From a virus (Duplodnaviria; Heunggongvirae; Uroviricota; Caudoviricetes), in the IMG/VR virus record IMGVR_UViG_3300029720_000461: 64,000 nt of DNA, one strand, 5' to 3'. Below are positions 1 to 10,287 of the stretch, in pieces; position 1 is the stretch's first letter, and each line of letters begins with the position of its first letter. The notes below the pieces were generated by a model. That model made no database searches. It was not told where the DNA came from and saw only the letters and a program-made list of their open reading frames with translations. The translations under genes were made by a program, and so were the position numbers.

Positions 1-1605
1 ACTGTAGTTTGAATATTCCAGTTTAGCAAGTACTGAAGTAGGAGATGAATACATTCCTTCTTCATAATTCCATTCCTTCATTTTTCCGTATTCAGTATCT
101 AAAATTTTCCAATGTGGATTATTATTTTTTTTGCTTAAATCTGTTATTTTCTCATTACCATTAATAGGTACTTCAATTAAAGGTAATTCATTTCCACTTC
201 CAATAGGTTCAAGACTAAGAACTTTATCTGTAAGTCCTCTTAAACCTTTAGGATTGAAATTAAATACTTCTACAGGCTTGCTATCTATCGTTATGTTTTT
301 ATATATTTCTGAAAGATTCTTTGACATTTTACTTAAATCTGTAAATGACATGCTGCTGATACCTATTGCACTGTCATGTCCACCAAAACCTTCAGTATGA
401 CCTAATGCTTTCTTTACATTTTCATAAAGAGAAGGAAAACCATCCATATTACGACCTGAGCCTTTATAACAGTCAGCGTCTTTATCATATACAACACAGA
501 TACAAGGTCTTAATGTCTTATCGACAATATCTGAAGCAATAAGCCCGGCAACAGTTTCGGGTGTATCTTCAGGTAAGATATATATAACAATGTTGTCATT
601 ATTTGCTTTTACTGAAGCAACAGTCTCTTTTAATTCATCTGATTTTTTAATAGTCTGAGTAATTTCCTTACGCTTTTCATTAATTTCTTTAGCCTTTAGG
701 ATGTTTACATATGTTTCCGGTGTTACCTTGCCTGTAAGAGTATCAAACATGAACTGTCCACCATTCATATCAAATGTTTTACTCATTCTGGAAGCACCAT
801 TAATCATAGAACCAATATTCCAAGCTAGTTCCTTTGCAGTTGTAATTTTACCGTTTGTATTTATGCCACATGTAGCAAAAAAATTTCCTAATACATAATT
901 AAAATTATTCTCATCAGCTTTATTAATAACATCAATACCGTCACGCACTAAAAATCTGTTTGTGCTGTGTATATCCAGAAGATTAACACAGTCCGTACAT
1001 GTTCCAATAGCAGCCATAGCAGTAATGGCATTTAAGTCTTTTTCATCTATCTTCACAGGAAGACGGCTCATATAAGTATCAATAATCTTTTTTGTCAGTC
1101 CTGCCGTACAGTAATCAGGTAATTCACCTGAGTCATCTAAATCAGCCTTCAGATTAAGAAGCCTTGGCTCATTTTTAAATTTTTCTTTAATCTTTTCATC
1201 TTCAATGATGTGATGGTCTATAATAATAGTGTCATTGCCTAGAACTTCATCTATGTAATCTAACTGGTTTGAACCCATATCAAGTACAACATAAAGAGTA
1301 TCTTTTTCAGGTATGATTTTATCCGATATACCATATCCGTTACGTCTGTCATTGATTTCTGCTTTAACAGGAACATTACAGATGCCGGAAAAGAATTTAT
1401 ACATGTTATAAGCAGAAACAATTCCATCTGTATCATAATCACTTAATATCTTTACCTGCTTATAAGGCTTTTTGCGTAAGCTGTATAAGTGACCACAAAG
1501 GTCTAATAGCTTTCTTTCTGTTGTCGGCTTGTCTTTTATCTGTTTTTCAGTTTCCTGTACTTCTTTTATTTTTTCTTCAAGTGTTACATATTTTATATTT
1601 TTCAT
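1..1605 (-). CDS. recJ: RecJ-like DHH/DHHA1 ssDNA exonuclease (3' end runs off the window)
   Basis: Read manually from ATG at 1605 (MKNIKYVTLEE...). Contains SDYDTDG, IIDHH and FGGHDSAIG motifs of DHH-family RecJ; absent from the ORF track because it is open to the edge. Confidence 0.8.
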   Translation of the reverse strand, partial: MKNIKYVTLEEKIKEVQETEKQIKDKPTTERKLLDLCGHLYSLRKKPYKQVKILSDYDTDGIVSAYNMYKFFSGICNVPVKAEINDRRNGYGISDKIIPEKDTLYVVLDMGSNQLDYIDEVLGNDTIIIDHHIIEDEKIKEKFKNEPRLLNLKADLDDSGELPDYCTAGLTKKIIDTYMSRLPVKIDEKDLNAITAMAAIGTCTDCVNLLDIHSTNRFLVRDGIDVINKADENNFNYVLGNFFATCGINTNGKITTAKELAWNIGSMINGASRMSKTFDMNGGQFMFDTLTGKVTPETYVNILKAKEINEKRKEITQTIKKSDELKETVASVKANNDNIVIYILPEDTPETVAGLIASDIVDKTLRPCICVVYDKDADCYKGSGRNMDGFPSLYENVKKALGHTEGFGGHDSAIGISSMSFTDLSKMSKNLSEIYKNITIDSKPVEVFNFNPKGLRGLTDKVLSLEPIGSGNELPLIEVPINGNEKITDLSKKNNNPHWKILDTEYGKMKEWNYEEGMYSSPTSVLAKLEYSNYS

Positions 1606-1770
1606 AATTATTACCTCATTTGTCTGTGTAACTTTTGTTCCTGAGTAAATGATAATAAAAATAAAAATTATAAATGTTTTAATGGGGCATTTTTACATAT
1701 ATAAGATGAAAAAATGTATTAAAATATAGTACAAATAGATTAATAAGTAATATAAATTTGCAATATAATA

Positions 1771-1799
1771 TTGACATATACCGTAATAAGGTATATAAT
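1771..1799 (+). promoter_or_regulatory. Consensus sigma-A promoter for the small-ORF cluster
   Basis: TTGACA-17bp-TATAAT. Confidence 0.75.
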
Positions 1800-1888
1800 A
1801 TAATCAATGAATGAAGTAAGTGCTTAGATAAATTCAGAAACCATGATGTTAAAGGATGAAGATTTTAAGATAGTATAGGAGTAAAAAT

Positions 1889-2197
1889 ATGGAAAATGGA
1901 CTTTATCATATAGAAAATAATAAAATTTATAAGATGTCATTAAATGAGCCTATGAGAAAAATTGGAACTGTAGCAAGTGATGAAGTAATTATGAGTATTA
2001 TTGATACAGTCACAGAATACATGTACTGTAATTATGGTGATTGTTGCATGAAAGATAACATAACATGGGGTGAATTACAGAAAGTGCGTAATGAAATTAA
2101 AAGTAATGCAATGGAAATGATAAAAGCAAATTTGGATTCAAAATCAACAATTTTATCAAATATGAAGCAAATTGATGAAGATTTTGAGATAATATAG
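1889..2197 (+). CDS. hypothetical protein
   Basis: ORF with AGGAG RBS. Confidence 0.7.
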   Translation: MENGLYHIENNKIYKMSLNEPMRKIGTVASDEVIMSIIDTVTEYMYCNYGDCCMKDNITWGELQKVRNEIKSNAMEMIKANLDSKSTILSNMKQIDEDFEII

Positions 2198-2207
2198 GAG
2201 TAAAAAT

Positions 2208-2276
2208 ATGGAAAATGGACTTTACCATATACAGGATAATAAACTATATCTGTTTATTAAGAGTACTTATAATTAA
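2208..2276 (+). pseudogene. Truncated duplicate of the 5' end of ORF 1889 (MENGLYHIQDNKLYLFIKSTYN*)
   Basis: TATAGGAGTAAAAATATGGAAAATGGACTTTA is duplicated at ~1874 and ~2193. Confidence 0.6.
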
Positions 2277-2452
2277 TGATTTAGATGATTTATTTCACAA
2301 GTAATCTTTAAAATATTATTTTTTTAAAAAAATATCTATGATTTAAAGAATTGTAAGAGCAAAAAATATGAGAAAGAAAACGATATAGAACTAGATTAAA
2401 AATCCAAGAAGAATAAGATGAAAAGTAAAAAGAAAATGGAGGAAATAATAAC

Positions 2453-2794
2453 ATGAAATATGTAAGTAATGCAAAGATGAATACTTCTGTAGAAAGTGGA
2501 ACAATCTTCGAGGGGAAATGTGGATTAGTTGATATCACTATCCATTTATATCGGAAGAATAAATTTACTGGTCGTGGTGATACATTTTATCTATCCTCAA
2601 ACTGTGTTGGAATATCAAATATGAAATTGGAGAGTACAAGTATCATTACGGCTATCCAAGAGGCTGAAATTATTGTAAATAAGGAAATAATCACCATGAA
2701 AAATGATGCTGACAAGATGCTAAATAGTAATATTGAAATTTCAAGGGAATGTGATGCTGATAACTGTATGGATTGTGATTACAGAGAAATGTGA
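2453..2794 (+). CDS. hypothetical protein
   Basis: ORF with GGAGG RBS. Confidence 0.7.
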   Translation: MKYVSNAKMNTSVESGTIFEGKCGLVDITIHLYRKNKFTGRGDTFYLSSNCVGISNMKLESTSIITAIQEAEIIVNKEIITMKNDADKMLNSNIEISRECDADNCMDCDYREM

Positions 2795-2816
2795 ACCATT
2801 ATAAAGGAGAAAAAGT

Positions 2817-3122
2817 ATGAAATTAGTTATGGATAAAGAAACCTTAATAACACTGGAAGAATACAGAGCTGCTCACAATCTGCCAAAGATTGAGAATTAT
2901 GGAATGAGCGTTGAGCATAATCCGAAATCAAAAGAAATTTATGATTTCATCAGTGAGGTGGACTTTGTAAATGGGGATGCGTTCTGCTTCAAATGTGGTG
3001 GAGACGGAGATAATGGAGAGATATTGATGTCTCTGTTGGATGAGTATTTTAAGCAAAAAGAGTGTAAATTAGCTAAAGAGTCTGATGAAAATGAAGAAAT
3101 AAATGACATTGATTTAGACTAA
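2817..3122 (+). CDS. hypothetical protein (phage-like, CFKCGGDGDNGE motif)
   Basis: ORF with AAGGAG RBS. Confidence 0.7.
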   Translation: MKLVMDKETLITLEEYRAAHNLPKIENYGMSVEHNPKSKEIYDFISEVDFVNGDAFCFKCGGDGDNGEILMSLLDEYFKQKECKLAKESDENEEINDIDLD

Positions 3123-3467
3123 AGTATCTCTAAAATTCATCGAAAAGGTTATAGTTGGCAGATGAAATTTGGTACTCTTATCAAAGATAGGTTTAAAAAT
3201 GATGAAGTAAATGCTATTTTAGATTATCTTTCAGAATCAGAGATAAAAGATAAATTAGCAATAGAAACATTACAGGTAATTTTTATAGAGATTGGAGATA
3301 AAAATGGTTTTAATCAATAAATATAAATATACAAAATATGCCGAAAGGGGTGAGTATCATTGCGATATAAGCAAATTCCTTGATGAACAAGCAGGTATTA
3401 AAAAAGAAGATAGATGGTTAAGTCCTATTTTTGGTTAAAAAAATTGAAAGAAAAAGGAGAAAAGTAC

Positions 3468-4031
3468 ATGAAAGTTTATGATACAGGATTAATATGTGGA
3501 CGATTTCAGACATTTCATAAAGGACATGAACGCCTTGTAGATACAGGATTATTGTTGTGTGACCGGTTATTGATATTGATAGGTTCTGCACAGGAATGTG
3601 GTACAGAGCGTAATCCTTTTAATATTAATACAAGGACTAAGATTCTTAAAGAGATATATGGCGATAGACCGGAAGTGATGATTTATGGTTTAGCTGATTT
3701 AACAGATGAAAATGATATCCGTCCGGAATGGGGCAGATACTTACTTAATAATACTGATAGATACATTCATAAAAATCCTGAGATAATGATTTATGGAAAT
3801 GATGAATCCCGAAGCAATTGGTTTGATAAGAAAGACCTTGCTAATACAGCAGAACTTATTATGAACCGTTATGATATGCCTATCTCTGCTACAATGGTCA
3901 GAACTGCTATGGCTAAAGATGATAGGAAGCTCTGGATGTCTTATGTAAATCCCAGATTACATAAAATGTATGATGAGCTAAGAGAAGAACTTATGACAGT
4001 TGAATTCTATAAGAATCTGGCTAAAGAATAA
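3468..4031 (+). CDS. Nicotinamide-nucleotide adenylyltransferase-like (NadM/NMNAT, HxGH nucleotidyltransferase)
   Basis: GRFQTFHKGH, IGSAQ...RNPF and ISATMVR motifs; start moved to the ATG after AAGGAG at 3468. Confidence 0.8.
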   Translation: MKVYDTGLICGRFQTFHKGHERLVDTGLLLCDRLLILIGSAQECGTERNPFNINTRTKILKEIYGDRPEVMIYGLADLTDENDIRPEWGRYLLNNTDRYIHKNPEIMIYGNDESRSNWFDKKDLANTAELIMNRYDMPISATMVRTAMAKDDRKLWMSYVNPRLHKMYDELREELMTVEFYKNLAKE

Positions 4032-4055
4032 TATGTAAATATAAAGGAGTTTATT

Positions 4056-4370
4056 ATGGCATTTAAAAATTTTTTAGATTTAAAGGTTGGAGACAAAGTT
4101 GTATGTTTAGATGAGTATTCAGGAGGAACTTCTTACCATGAATTAGTAATTAATGAAATAGAAGATGATAGTGAATATGCTACTGAAACCAATCCTACTG
4201 GCAGACGATATTTTGGAACAGACCAAGCTTATTTAGATGAGAATGGAAACTTTGATGAAGGAGATAATGAATACCTTACTATCGTAGATGAAGGAAACTA
4301 TTTATATGTGATTGACAAAGATGCTGCATCAAAAGAAAACTATGATTGTGATTGTGATTATGACAGATAA
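4056..4370 (+). CDS. hypothetical acidic protein
   Basis: ORF with AAGGAG RBS. Confidence 0.7.
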   Translation: MAFKNFLDLKVGDKVVCLDEYSGGTSYHELVINEIEDDSEYATETNPTGRRYFGTDQAYLDENGNFDEGDNEYLTIVDEGNYLYVIDKDAASKENYDCDCDYDR

Positions 4371-4418
4371 AAATGGTAAAAGGTTTAATTATAAAGCCTG
4401 ATATGATTAAAGGAGTTA

Positions 4419-4597
4419 ATATGAATAATGCAGGTATTAATGATAGATTGATAAAAATAGAACATAAGGCAGAGCTGATGGATTTAACTTATTTTGAAGA
4501 TTCAGACGGTAAGCATTGTATATGTGATGTTGACTTTGTTGACAGGTATGATACTTTAGAAGAATTAGAAGAATATCTTGATTTATTAGGCGGGTGA
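4419..4597 (+). CDS. hypothetical protein
   Basis: ORF 4373..4597; likely start at the ATG after AAGGAG (~4419-4421). Confidence 0.5.
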
Positions 4598-4601
4598 GAT
4601 A

Positions 4602-4799
4602 ATGATAAAATGCTGTGCTAATTGTAAAAATTGTGTAGCTATTCCAAAGAATAATAGCTATAACGACATTGATTATCTATGCATAATAAACAGCTATTTT
4701 GTTATAGGTATACATAAGGATATAAACAGGATAAAGCATCTGACTCCGGGTGGCAGAGAACTGGAATGTAAATACGAATCAAAAGAAAGGAATGACTAA
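4602..4799 (+). CDS. small Cys-rich hypothetical protein
   Basis: CCANCKNC; translationally coupled. Confidence 0.6.
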   Translation: MIKCCANCKNCVAIPKNNSYNDIDYLCIINSYFVIGIHKDINRIKHLTPGGRELECKYESKERND

Positions 4800-5010
4800 C
4801 ATGAATTTATTAGAAAGCTATATAAAGGAAATACATTCAGTTACAGATGTCACAGAAGGCTTTATAGAGCATTGTGGCTATGAACCTAAAGAGCAATTAC
4901 TTGAAGTAGACTTAACATCTGTATGTTATGGTGTTATTGAAAGGACAAAAAAGATGTTCTGGAAGAGTGAATTTGAGAAAATAAAGAAGGATGGCTATTA
5001 TATGTCATAA
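4792..5010 (+). CDS. hypothetical protein
   Basis: ORF; AAAGG RBS before MTNMNLLE. Confidence 0.6.
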   Translation: MTNMNLLESYIKEIHSVTDVTEGFIEHCGYEPKEQLLEVDLTSVCYGVIERTKKMFWKSEFEKIKKDGYYMS

Positions 5011-5035
5011 ATTACATGTCATAAAGGAGAAAAAT

Positions 5036-5215
5036 ATGTTTGATGAAGAAAAATTCAGTGAGGAATGTGAAAAATTTAGAGAATATTCCAATGGTTATGA
5101 CAAAGGCGTTAAGTCAGAAAAGAACAGAATAAAAAATGAGCTTAAACAAGCTGTTGAAAATGGAATTATAAAAATAAATTATGGTGCAGATAAATTGTTT
5201 AAAATTATCGGCTAA
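5036..5215 (+). CDS. hypothetical protein
   Basis: AAGGAG RBS before MFDEEK. Confidence 0.6.
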   Translation: MFDEEKFSEECEKFREYSNGYDKGVKSEKNRIKNELKQAVENGIIKINYGADKLFKIIG

Positions 5216-5284
5216 ATGATTTAAAGATAATATGGATATTAATTTGAAATGCAACATGATAAATAAATTTCAAGGAGAACGGTT

Positions 5285-5602
5285 ATGAAAATATATTTTG
5301 AAGATGGAAAGTTAGATAATCCACCATTTTGTGATTATCATGTAGATGCCGCTGAAGGAGTAATGGCTAATATATATTGGCTGGATGCTATTAAAGAAAA
5401 AGTACCGGATTCAGTTATTTATACCAATTCAATTTTCGCCTTTGACAATACATATGCTTGGGATAATGAACTTAATAGACCTGAAATTTATTTAAGAGAT
5501 TCATCAGGTGATTTTAAGAATATAACTGGATTTACAGGAAGACAGTTAAAAGAAGGACATAATCTTGCCAAACTGTATATAGCAGGAGAGTTCGATTCTT
5601 AA
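5285..5602 (+). CDS. hypothetical protein
   Basis: ORF with AAGGAG RBS. Confidence 0.7.
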   Translation: MKIYFEDGKLDNPPFCDYHVDAAEGVMANIYWLDAIKEKVPDSVIYTNSIFAFDNTYAWDNELNRPEIYLRDSSGDFKNITGFTGRQLKEGHNLAKLYIAGEFDS

Positions 5603-5630
5603 GTTATGAGTGCAGAGTTAGGAGATTATT

Positions 5631-5837
5631 ATGGGATATATTAGATGTCCTTTTTGTGGACATAGTGATGGAAATGATGATGAGATATTAAAGCAGGAAG
5701 TTATATATGCGAATAATTCAGATTGCCAGATATCAATTGAAAAAGAGTGTGATATATGTGGTAAGAAATATGAAGTTATTGCAGAGTATAAGTTTTCTTA
5801 TGAAAAATTAGGATATAATGAAGCAGAACATTATTAA
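5631..5837 (+). CDS. small zinc-ribbon protein (CPFC...CDIC)
   Basis: Two CxxC pairs, AGGAG RBS. Confidence 0.65.
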   Translation: MGYIRCPFCGHSDGNDDEILKQEVIYANNSDCQISIEKECDICGKKYEVIAEYKFSYEKLGYNEAEHY

Positions 5838-5859
5838 ATCATTTTAAAGAGGGATTAAT

Positions 5860-6036
5860 ATGGAAGACTGTAAGAATTTAAAAATTGAAGATATAACACC
5901 ATATCATGCAGATGTATTTGACCATCCGGACTATTCATATACCTGTATGGTAATAAATAGAGAAGTGATTCCTTTTATACATTGCAATGAAAAAAGATGT
6001 AAGAATTATCTGAAGGAGAAAAATCAATATGAATAA
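5860..6036 (+). CDS. 58-aa Cys-containing hypothetical protein (below ORF-track cutoff)
   Basis: Manual translation MEDCKNLK...KNQYE*, GAGGG RBS. Confidence 0.55.
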   Translation: MEDCKNLKIEDITPYHADVFDHPDYSYTCMVINREVIPFIHCNEKRCKNYLKEKNQYE

Positions 6037-6277
6037 CAATTCCTTTTCAGAGCTAAGAAGGCTTATACAAAAAGCAAGAAAGAAAAGCATTGAATTAAAT
6101 GATGCTACACAGGCAGTCTTTGATGCCTTATCGGATGTAGACCTTTGTGTTCCAACAGATGCAGAAAATGCTGATGATTTAGAACAGGCGATTAACTGTT
6201 ATATCCAATATGGAGAATATTCCATTGATGAACTGTTAGATGAAATAAAACAGCAATATAAAAAGAAGGAATATTAA
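6029..6277 (+). CDS. hypothetical protein
   Basis: ORF with AAGGAG RBS. Confidence 0.65.
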   Translation: MNNNSFSELRRLIQKARKKSIELNDATQAVFDALSDVDLCVPTDAENADDLEQAINCYIQYGEYSIDELLDEIKQQYKKKEY

Positions 6278-6278
6278 T

Positions 6279-6557
6279 ATGATTGATATAACTAATGCTA
6301 AATGGGATTTATCAAAAGAAGAAAAATCAGTTATTAAGTGGTTTGACGATAATGAATATAATGGGAAAATACTTAAACAGTATGTAAGTAAAACTGTATT
6401 TGAAATATCCAAGGATGGCATAACAGATAATTTTGAGCTGCCACAGAGTATTGATGCTAAACAGATTAAGAACTATATGGAACAGTTTCAAAAGAATTGG
6501 AATATGCTTTGTGAATTAAAAAAGCTAAGACAGATGAAAAATCAGCTTGAAAGATAA
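6279..6557 (+). CDS. hypothetical protein
   Basis: Coupled ORF. Confidence 0.65.
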   Translation: MIDITNAKWDLSKEEKSVIKWFDDNEYNGKILKQYVSKTVFEISKDGITDNFELPQSIDAKQIKNYMEQFQKNWNMLCELKKLRQMKNQLER

Positions 6558-6626
6558 AAAACAATATCTTTTTGAAATATCAAACTATATAAACTCATAT
6601 AAGTGTAAACGAAAGGAAAATGCAAA

Positions 6627-6821
6627 ATGAACAATAAATGTATTTTATGTGATAATGGTTATGATTTCCGAAAAATTCAGGTTAATGAAATTTTAGGAAC
6701 AGTCGGCATAGCATTAGCCAGCAGCCTTAATTCTGTAACAAAAAGCAATGCTTTTAAATATTGCCCTGTTTGCGGTAAAAAACTGACTAAGGATAATTTT
6801 GGTGGAAAAGAATTACTTTAA
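6627..6821 (+). CDS. small zinc-ribbon protein (CILC...YCPVCGKKL)
   Basis: Phage-type CxxC pairs. Confidence 0.65.
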   Translation: MNNKCILCDNGYDFRKIQVNEILGTVGIALASSLNSVTKSNAFKYCPVCGKKLTKDNFGGKELL

Positions 6822-6960
6822 TAAACTGATTATAAGTCTAACAAGTTATGCTTATTAAAATAAAAATATTAACAGTACTGGAATAAGCCTAATTACACAA
6901 GTTTTTAAAATGATATATTGTATAATGTATGTGATTTTAAATATGGAAGGTGATTATAGT

Positions 6961-7794
6961 ATGGATAATATTAATATGGATTATATAAATGAATTTAGAA
7001 ATGATAATTATTATTTAAGTAATTTCTATGAATGCCCGGTTACATATGATGGACTGACCTATAGAAATAATGAAGCAGCTTTTCAGGCTCAGAAGTGTAT
7101 CAATTCTAAAGACCGTGAACAGTTTACTACACTGAATCCTTCAGAAGCTAAGAAGCTTGGAAGAAGAGTAGTCTTAAGAAAAGACTGGGAAGATATTAAA
7201 GTCAAAGTTATGACAGATGTTGTCAGAGCCAAGTTTGAACAGAATGAAGATTTACAGAAGAAACTGTTAGAAACAGGTAGTGCCTATTTGGAAGAAGGTA
7301 ATACATGGGGTGATAGAACTTGGGGTACAGTTAATGGTAATGGTTCTAATCTCTTAGGTAAGATTCTTATGCAGTGCCGTGATGAAATAGCACATGGAAA
7401 ATCTGTGAAATTTAAAGATATTTGTAAACCGATTCCAACTTATATTTTAAGTGATGGAATAGGATTAGATACCGAAACAGCATATATTCTTGATTTAACA
7501 ACGAAAGATAATTATGAAGCTGCAAATGAATATCTTAAAGTAACATGTCCAAAAGATTATATTCCTATACCTGATTCATATATAGGTGAAATAGTGATTA
7601 TGGAATATGATACAAATGGTGGAAGTGATGGTGACTGGTATTCTATTCATGGAAATATAGACCAGTTCTTCAAGGCAGCAAGAGCAACTTTTGAAAATTA
7701 TCTTAAGACTAATATGAATTATAATAAACATAAAGATAATACATTGGTAAAAAATACCCGTATATCTAAAAATTATGGCGAACATGAATTATAA
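6961..7794 (+). CDS. NADAR (YbiA-like) domain protein with C-terminal extension
   Basis: LSNFY...EAAFQAQK...AKKLGR...KFEQN...EGNTWGDRTWG...GSNLLGKILM is the NADAR signature. Confidence 0.9.
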   Translation: MDNINMDYINEFRNDNYYLSNFYECPVTYDGLTYRNNEAAFQAQKCINSKDREQFTTLNPSEAKKLGRRVVLRKDWEDIKVKVMTDVVRAKFEQNEDLQKKLLETGSAYLEEGNTWGDRTWGTVNGNGSNLLGKILMQCRDEIAHGKSVKFKDICKPIPTYILSDGIGLDTETAYILDLTTKDNYEAANEYLKVTCPKDYIPIPDSYIGEIVIMEYDTNGGSDGDWYSIHGNIDQFFKAARATFENYLKTNMNYNKHKDNTLVKNTRISKNYGEHEL

Positions 7795-7813
7795 TGATAT
7801 ACACAGCATATAT

Positions 7814-7845
7814 AAAGGCAGTATATTGTTATACTGTCTTTTTTA
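7814..7845 (+). terminator. Intrinsic terminator
   Basis: AAAGGCAGTATA-ttgt-TATACTGTCTTT + T-run. Confidence 0.7.
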
Positions 7846-7904
7846 TTTTGTCTTTATTATTTAAACAGATATTAATATTTTTGATATAATAATTTCAGAT
7901 AATA

Positions 7905-7955
7905 GTGGCTACATAATAGACGTGGCTACATAGTAGATGTGGCTACATAGTAGAC
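7905..7955. repeat. 3 x 17-bp tandem repeat GTGGCTACATAGTAGAY
   Basis: Directly visible; reverse complement matches the 44343 array unit. Confidence 0.9.
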
Positions 7956-8526
7956 ACAGGTATCAATGAAATAATTAAAATAAGTATAACTTGATTAGAC
8001 TTTTATGCTGTTATAATGCGTGTTAGTGATGAATATGCTATTATTTGACCATATAGGCTGCTTTTAGTATTAATGGATAAATTAATGGCTTGTATAATAA
8101 ATAAGCTGTATGAAGCTATATGAAGCGTAGGAGAATAATATGGAATATTATTTGCTGAATAAAAATGCAGTATTTACAGCTTTACAAATTATATAAATCA
8201 TAGTAATATTTTATAAGTGCTTTTGTATCATGCCATTTAGACGCTTGCTTACAGTATGTGGCAGGCAGGATTTATCCTGTTGATATAATTTCACAATATA
8301 TACGCATCAAAAAAGAGAGTTATTGTTGATTCATGTTTGAAGTGCTGATTAACACTTTGAACAAATAGGGGTCAACGATACTCTCTTTTTATTTAATGTT
8401 CAATTATTTGCCTGCTTCTGTAAGAAACTTTATATAATGTTTTTTTCTTTTTTTCTTTTCTTTCTGAAGCTGCTTAATATAGTCTTTCTTTTGTTCATAT
8501 AAAGACAACTCATAAAAACAAATCAA

Positions 8527-9009
8527 TTATGCCTTATTTTTTATTTTTTCTCTTATTTTTTCACGAAAAAGCTCTTTATTATATTTAATTTGCATAGCTG
8601 TTTGTAAATCATAAATTACTATATTGTTCTTTAAAACTGGGGTGTTAAGCTTTTCTTTATTATTTTTTACATTGTTTTTGTCAATATATAATTTTTCACT
8701 TGCTTTTAAACATATTTCAATTTCTTTTCTTTCAAATTCCATTTTGTCAAGGACATCAGACAAGTATTTGCGTTTCATTAAATCTTTTTCAAGTCTTTTT
8801 ACCTTTTCTGAATTAATATTGCCAATATATTTATTAATAACTTTTCCATTATCTCTATAAGCGAGATACATATATGAATTATTACTATGTTTTCTTATTA
8901 CAGGACTGCCTATAGGATATTTTTGTAATTCATCTCTGTAAATTTCTATCATCCTTAATGTTCTGTCATAGTCATTTTTTAACATTATTCGTATAATTGA
9001 ATCTTCCAT
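8527..9009 (-). CDS. hypothetical protein (YxYLAYR..GKVxxKYIG motif)
   Basis: ORF with GGAGGG RBS. Confidence 0.65.
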   Translation of the reverse strand: MEDSIIRIMLKNDYDRTLRMIEIYRDELQKYPIGSPVIRKHSNNSYMYLAYRDNGKVINKYIGNINSEKVKRLEKDLMKRKYLSDVLDKMEFERKEIEICLKASEKLYIDKNNVKNNKEKLNTPVLKNNIVIYDLQTAMQIKYNKELFREKIREKIKNKA

Positions 9010-9161
9010 ATATATTCCCTCCTTATTCGTATTGTACTACAAATGATAAAAATATACAATCTGTTGTACATAATTTAGATAAAAATGACTATATAGATAA
9101 TTAAGACTTTTTGTAGTAGTTATAAAATTGATTTTTGGTACTATATTCATATAATTTACAA

Positions 9162-9190
9162 TTGCAATTTTATAAAATATAGTATATAAT
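9162..9190 (+). promoter_or_regulatory. sigma-A promoter of ncRNA copy 1 and the PBECR4 gene
   Basis: TTGCAA-17bp-TATAAT; same arrangement at 10254-10282. Confidence 0.75.
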
Positions 9191-9195
9191 AAAGA

Positions 9196-9460
9196 TGCCT
9201 GAAAGAGTGACACTCTTTTACCATAGTACTAAGTGACTATGGACACCTGCATAAGGAGCTTGCGGCGGTGTACTGACATTAGTAAAAAATTATCTTGGAG
9301 GAAGTAGCCTTGTCAATCCATATAAAATATGAGATTGCTAAAAGCCTTATAGGTGGGAAGCCTGTAACGGTGGGATAACACCATTATTAATCAGTAATAA
9401 TATCAAACTAAATAATAAGTTTGAAAAGCAATTGTAGATTCATTCTATGATTGCTTTTTT
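9196..9460 (+). ncRNA. Structured ncRNA copy 1 (candidate RNA antitoxin) ending in a terminator
   Basis: Multiple hairpins, covariation with copy 2, terminator AAAAGCAATTGTAGA/TCTATGATTGCTTTTTT at 9424-9460. Confidence 0.7.
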
Positions 9461-9499
9461 ATTTTAAGTCAAAAGCAATCTGAAAAATAGAAAGGTAAG

Positions 9500-10240
9500 A
9501 TGCTTATGACAACAAATGACATAATATCAGATGAAAGTTTACAAAAATTACATAAAGCTATACAAATATATGACAAGTTAAAAGGAAAAGATTATTTAAT
9601 TGGCTATGGTACAAACTCAAGAGAAAAAATTGAATTTAATGAAATAAGAATCACTCCGAGCAATTTCTGGCATTTACTTGGATACCATGTAAAAGATGAT
9701 ATTGATTATGAAATCAGACCTGTTTTATATAATATATTGTTAGAAAATGATGTTTCTCAATTCAACTTATTAAAAAACAGTTTAGAATGTATGCATGATA
9801 AGCAAACACGAGACATTAAGTATAAGGTATTTATCAAAAATTTCAATTTCTTATATAATGCAAAAATCACAAATTTGGCAAACACGCAGAATACGCCAGA
9901 TAAATATAATTTCGATTTTGCTATTGGCAATGATTTTGGAATTGTTGGATATAAAGAAGATGATAGAAAGAAGAATAAATTTAAAAATATTCCTGTTACA
10001 ATCCAATCAAAAAGCATTGAAAAATTAAATAAGCCAACAAAAGATATCTTTTTGATTTTAAGTAAAAATATATTGTCGGATATTTATGATTATATTGATT
10101 ATTCAGTTTCAAAAAATATCGAGTTCCTTAGAAATACAATACATGATATGCCACGATATTATAAAGTTAATGTTTCGATTAATAACATTCAAATAACTAA
10201 TAACAAAGTAAATAAACCAAAAGAAATAGAAAGAGAATAA
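9500..10240 (+). CDS. PBECR4-like (phage-Barnase-EndoU-ColicinE5/D-RelE-like) putative ribonuclease
   Basis: A..Y..L..K.YLI N-terminus, NFWHLLG motif and PVT motif typical of PBECR4 proteins. Confidence 0.7.
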   Translation: MLMTTNDIISDESLQKLHKAIQIYDKLKGKDYLIGYGTNSREKIEFNEIRITPSNFWHLLGYHVKDDIDYEIRPVLYNILLENDVSQFNLLKNSLECMHDKQTRDIKYKVFIKNFNFLYNAKITNLANTQNTPDKYNFDFAIGNDFGIVGYKEDDRKKNKFKNIPVTIQSKSIEKLNKPTKDIFLILSKNILSDIYDYIDYSVSKNIEFLRNTIHDMPRYYKVNVSINNIQITNNKVNKPKEIERE

Positions 10241-10253
10241 TATAAACCTATAA

Positions 10254-10282
10254 TTGCAAATTATTAATATATAACATATAAT
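10254..10282 (+). promoter_or_regulatory. sigma-A promoter of ncRNA copy 2
   Basis: TTGCAA-17bp-TATAAT. Confidence 0.7.
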
Positions 10283-10287
10283 AAAGA

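Noticed and set aside
1889..7794. Prophage
   Set aside because: Small ORFs are phage-like, but no capsid, terminase, tail or integrase genes occur in the window; the context is conjugative.
9346..9385. T-box riboswitch (GGTGG motifs)
   Set aside because: Lacks GGTGGNACC with a matching antiterminator and Stem I AG/GNUG boxes; downstream genes are not amino-acid related.
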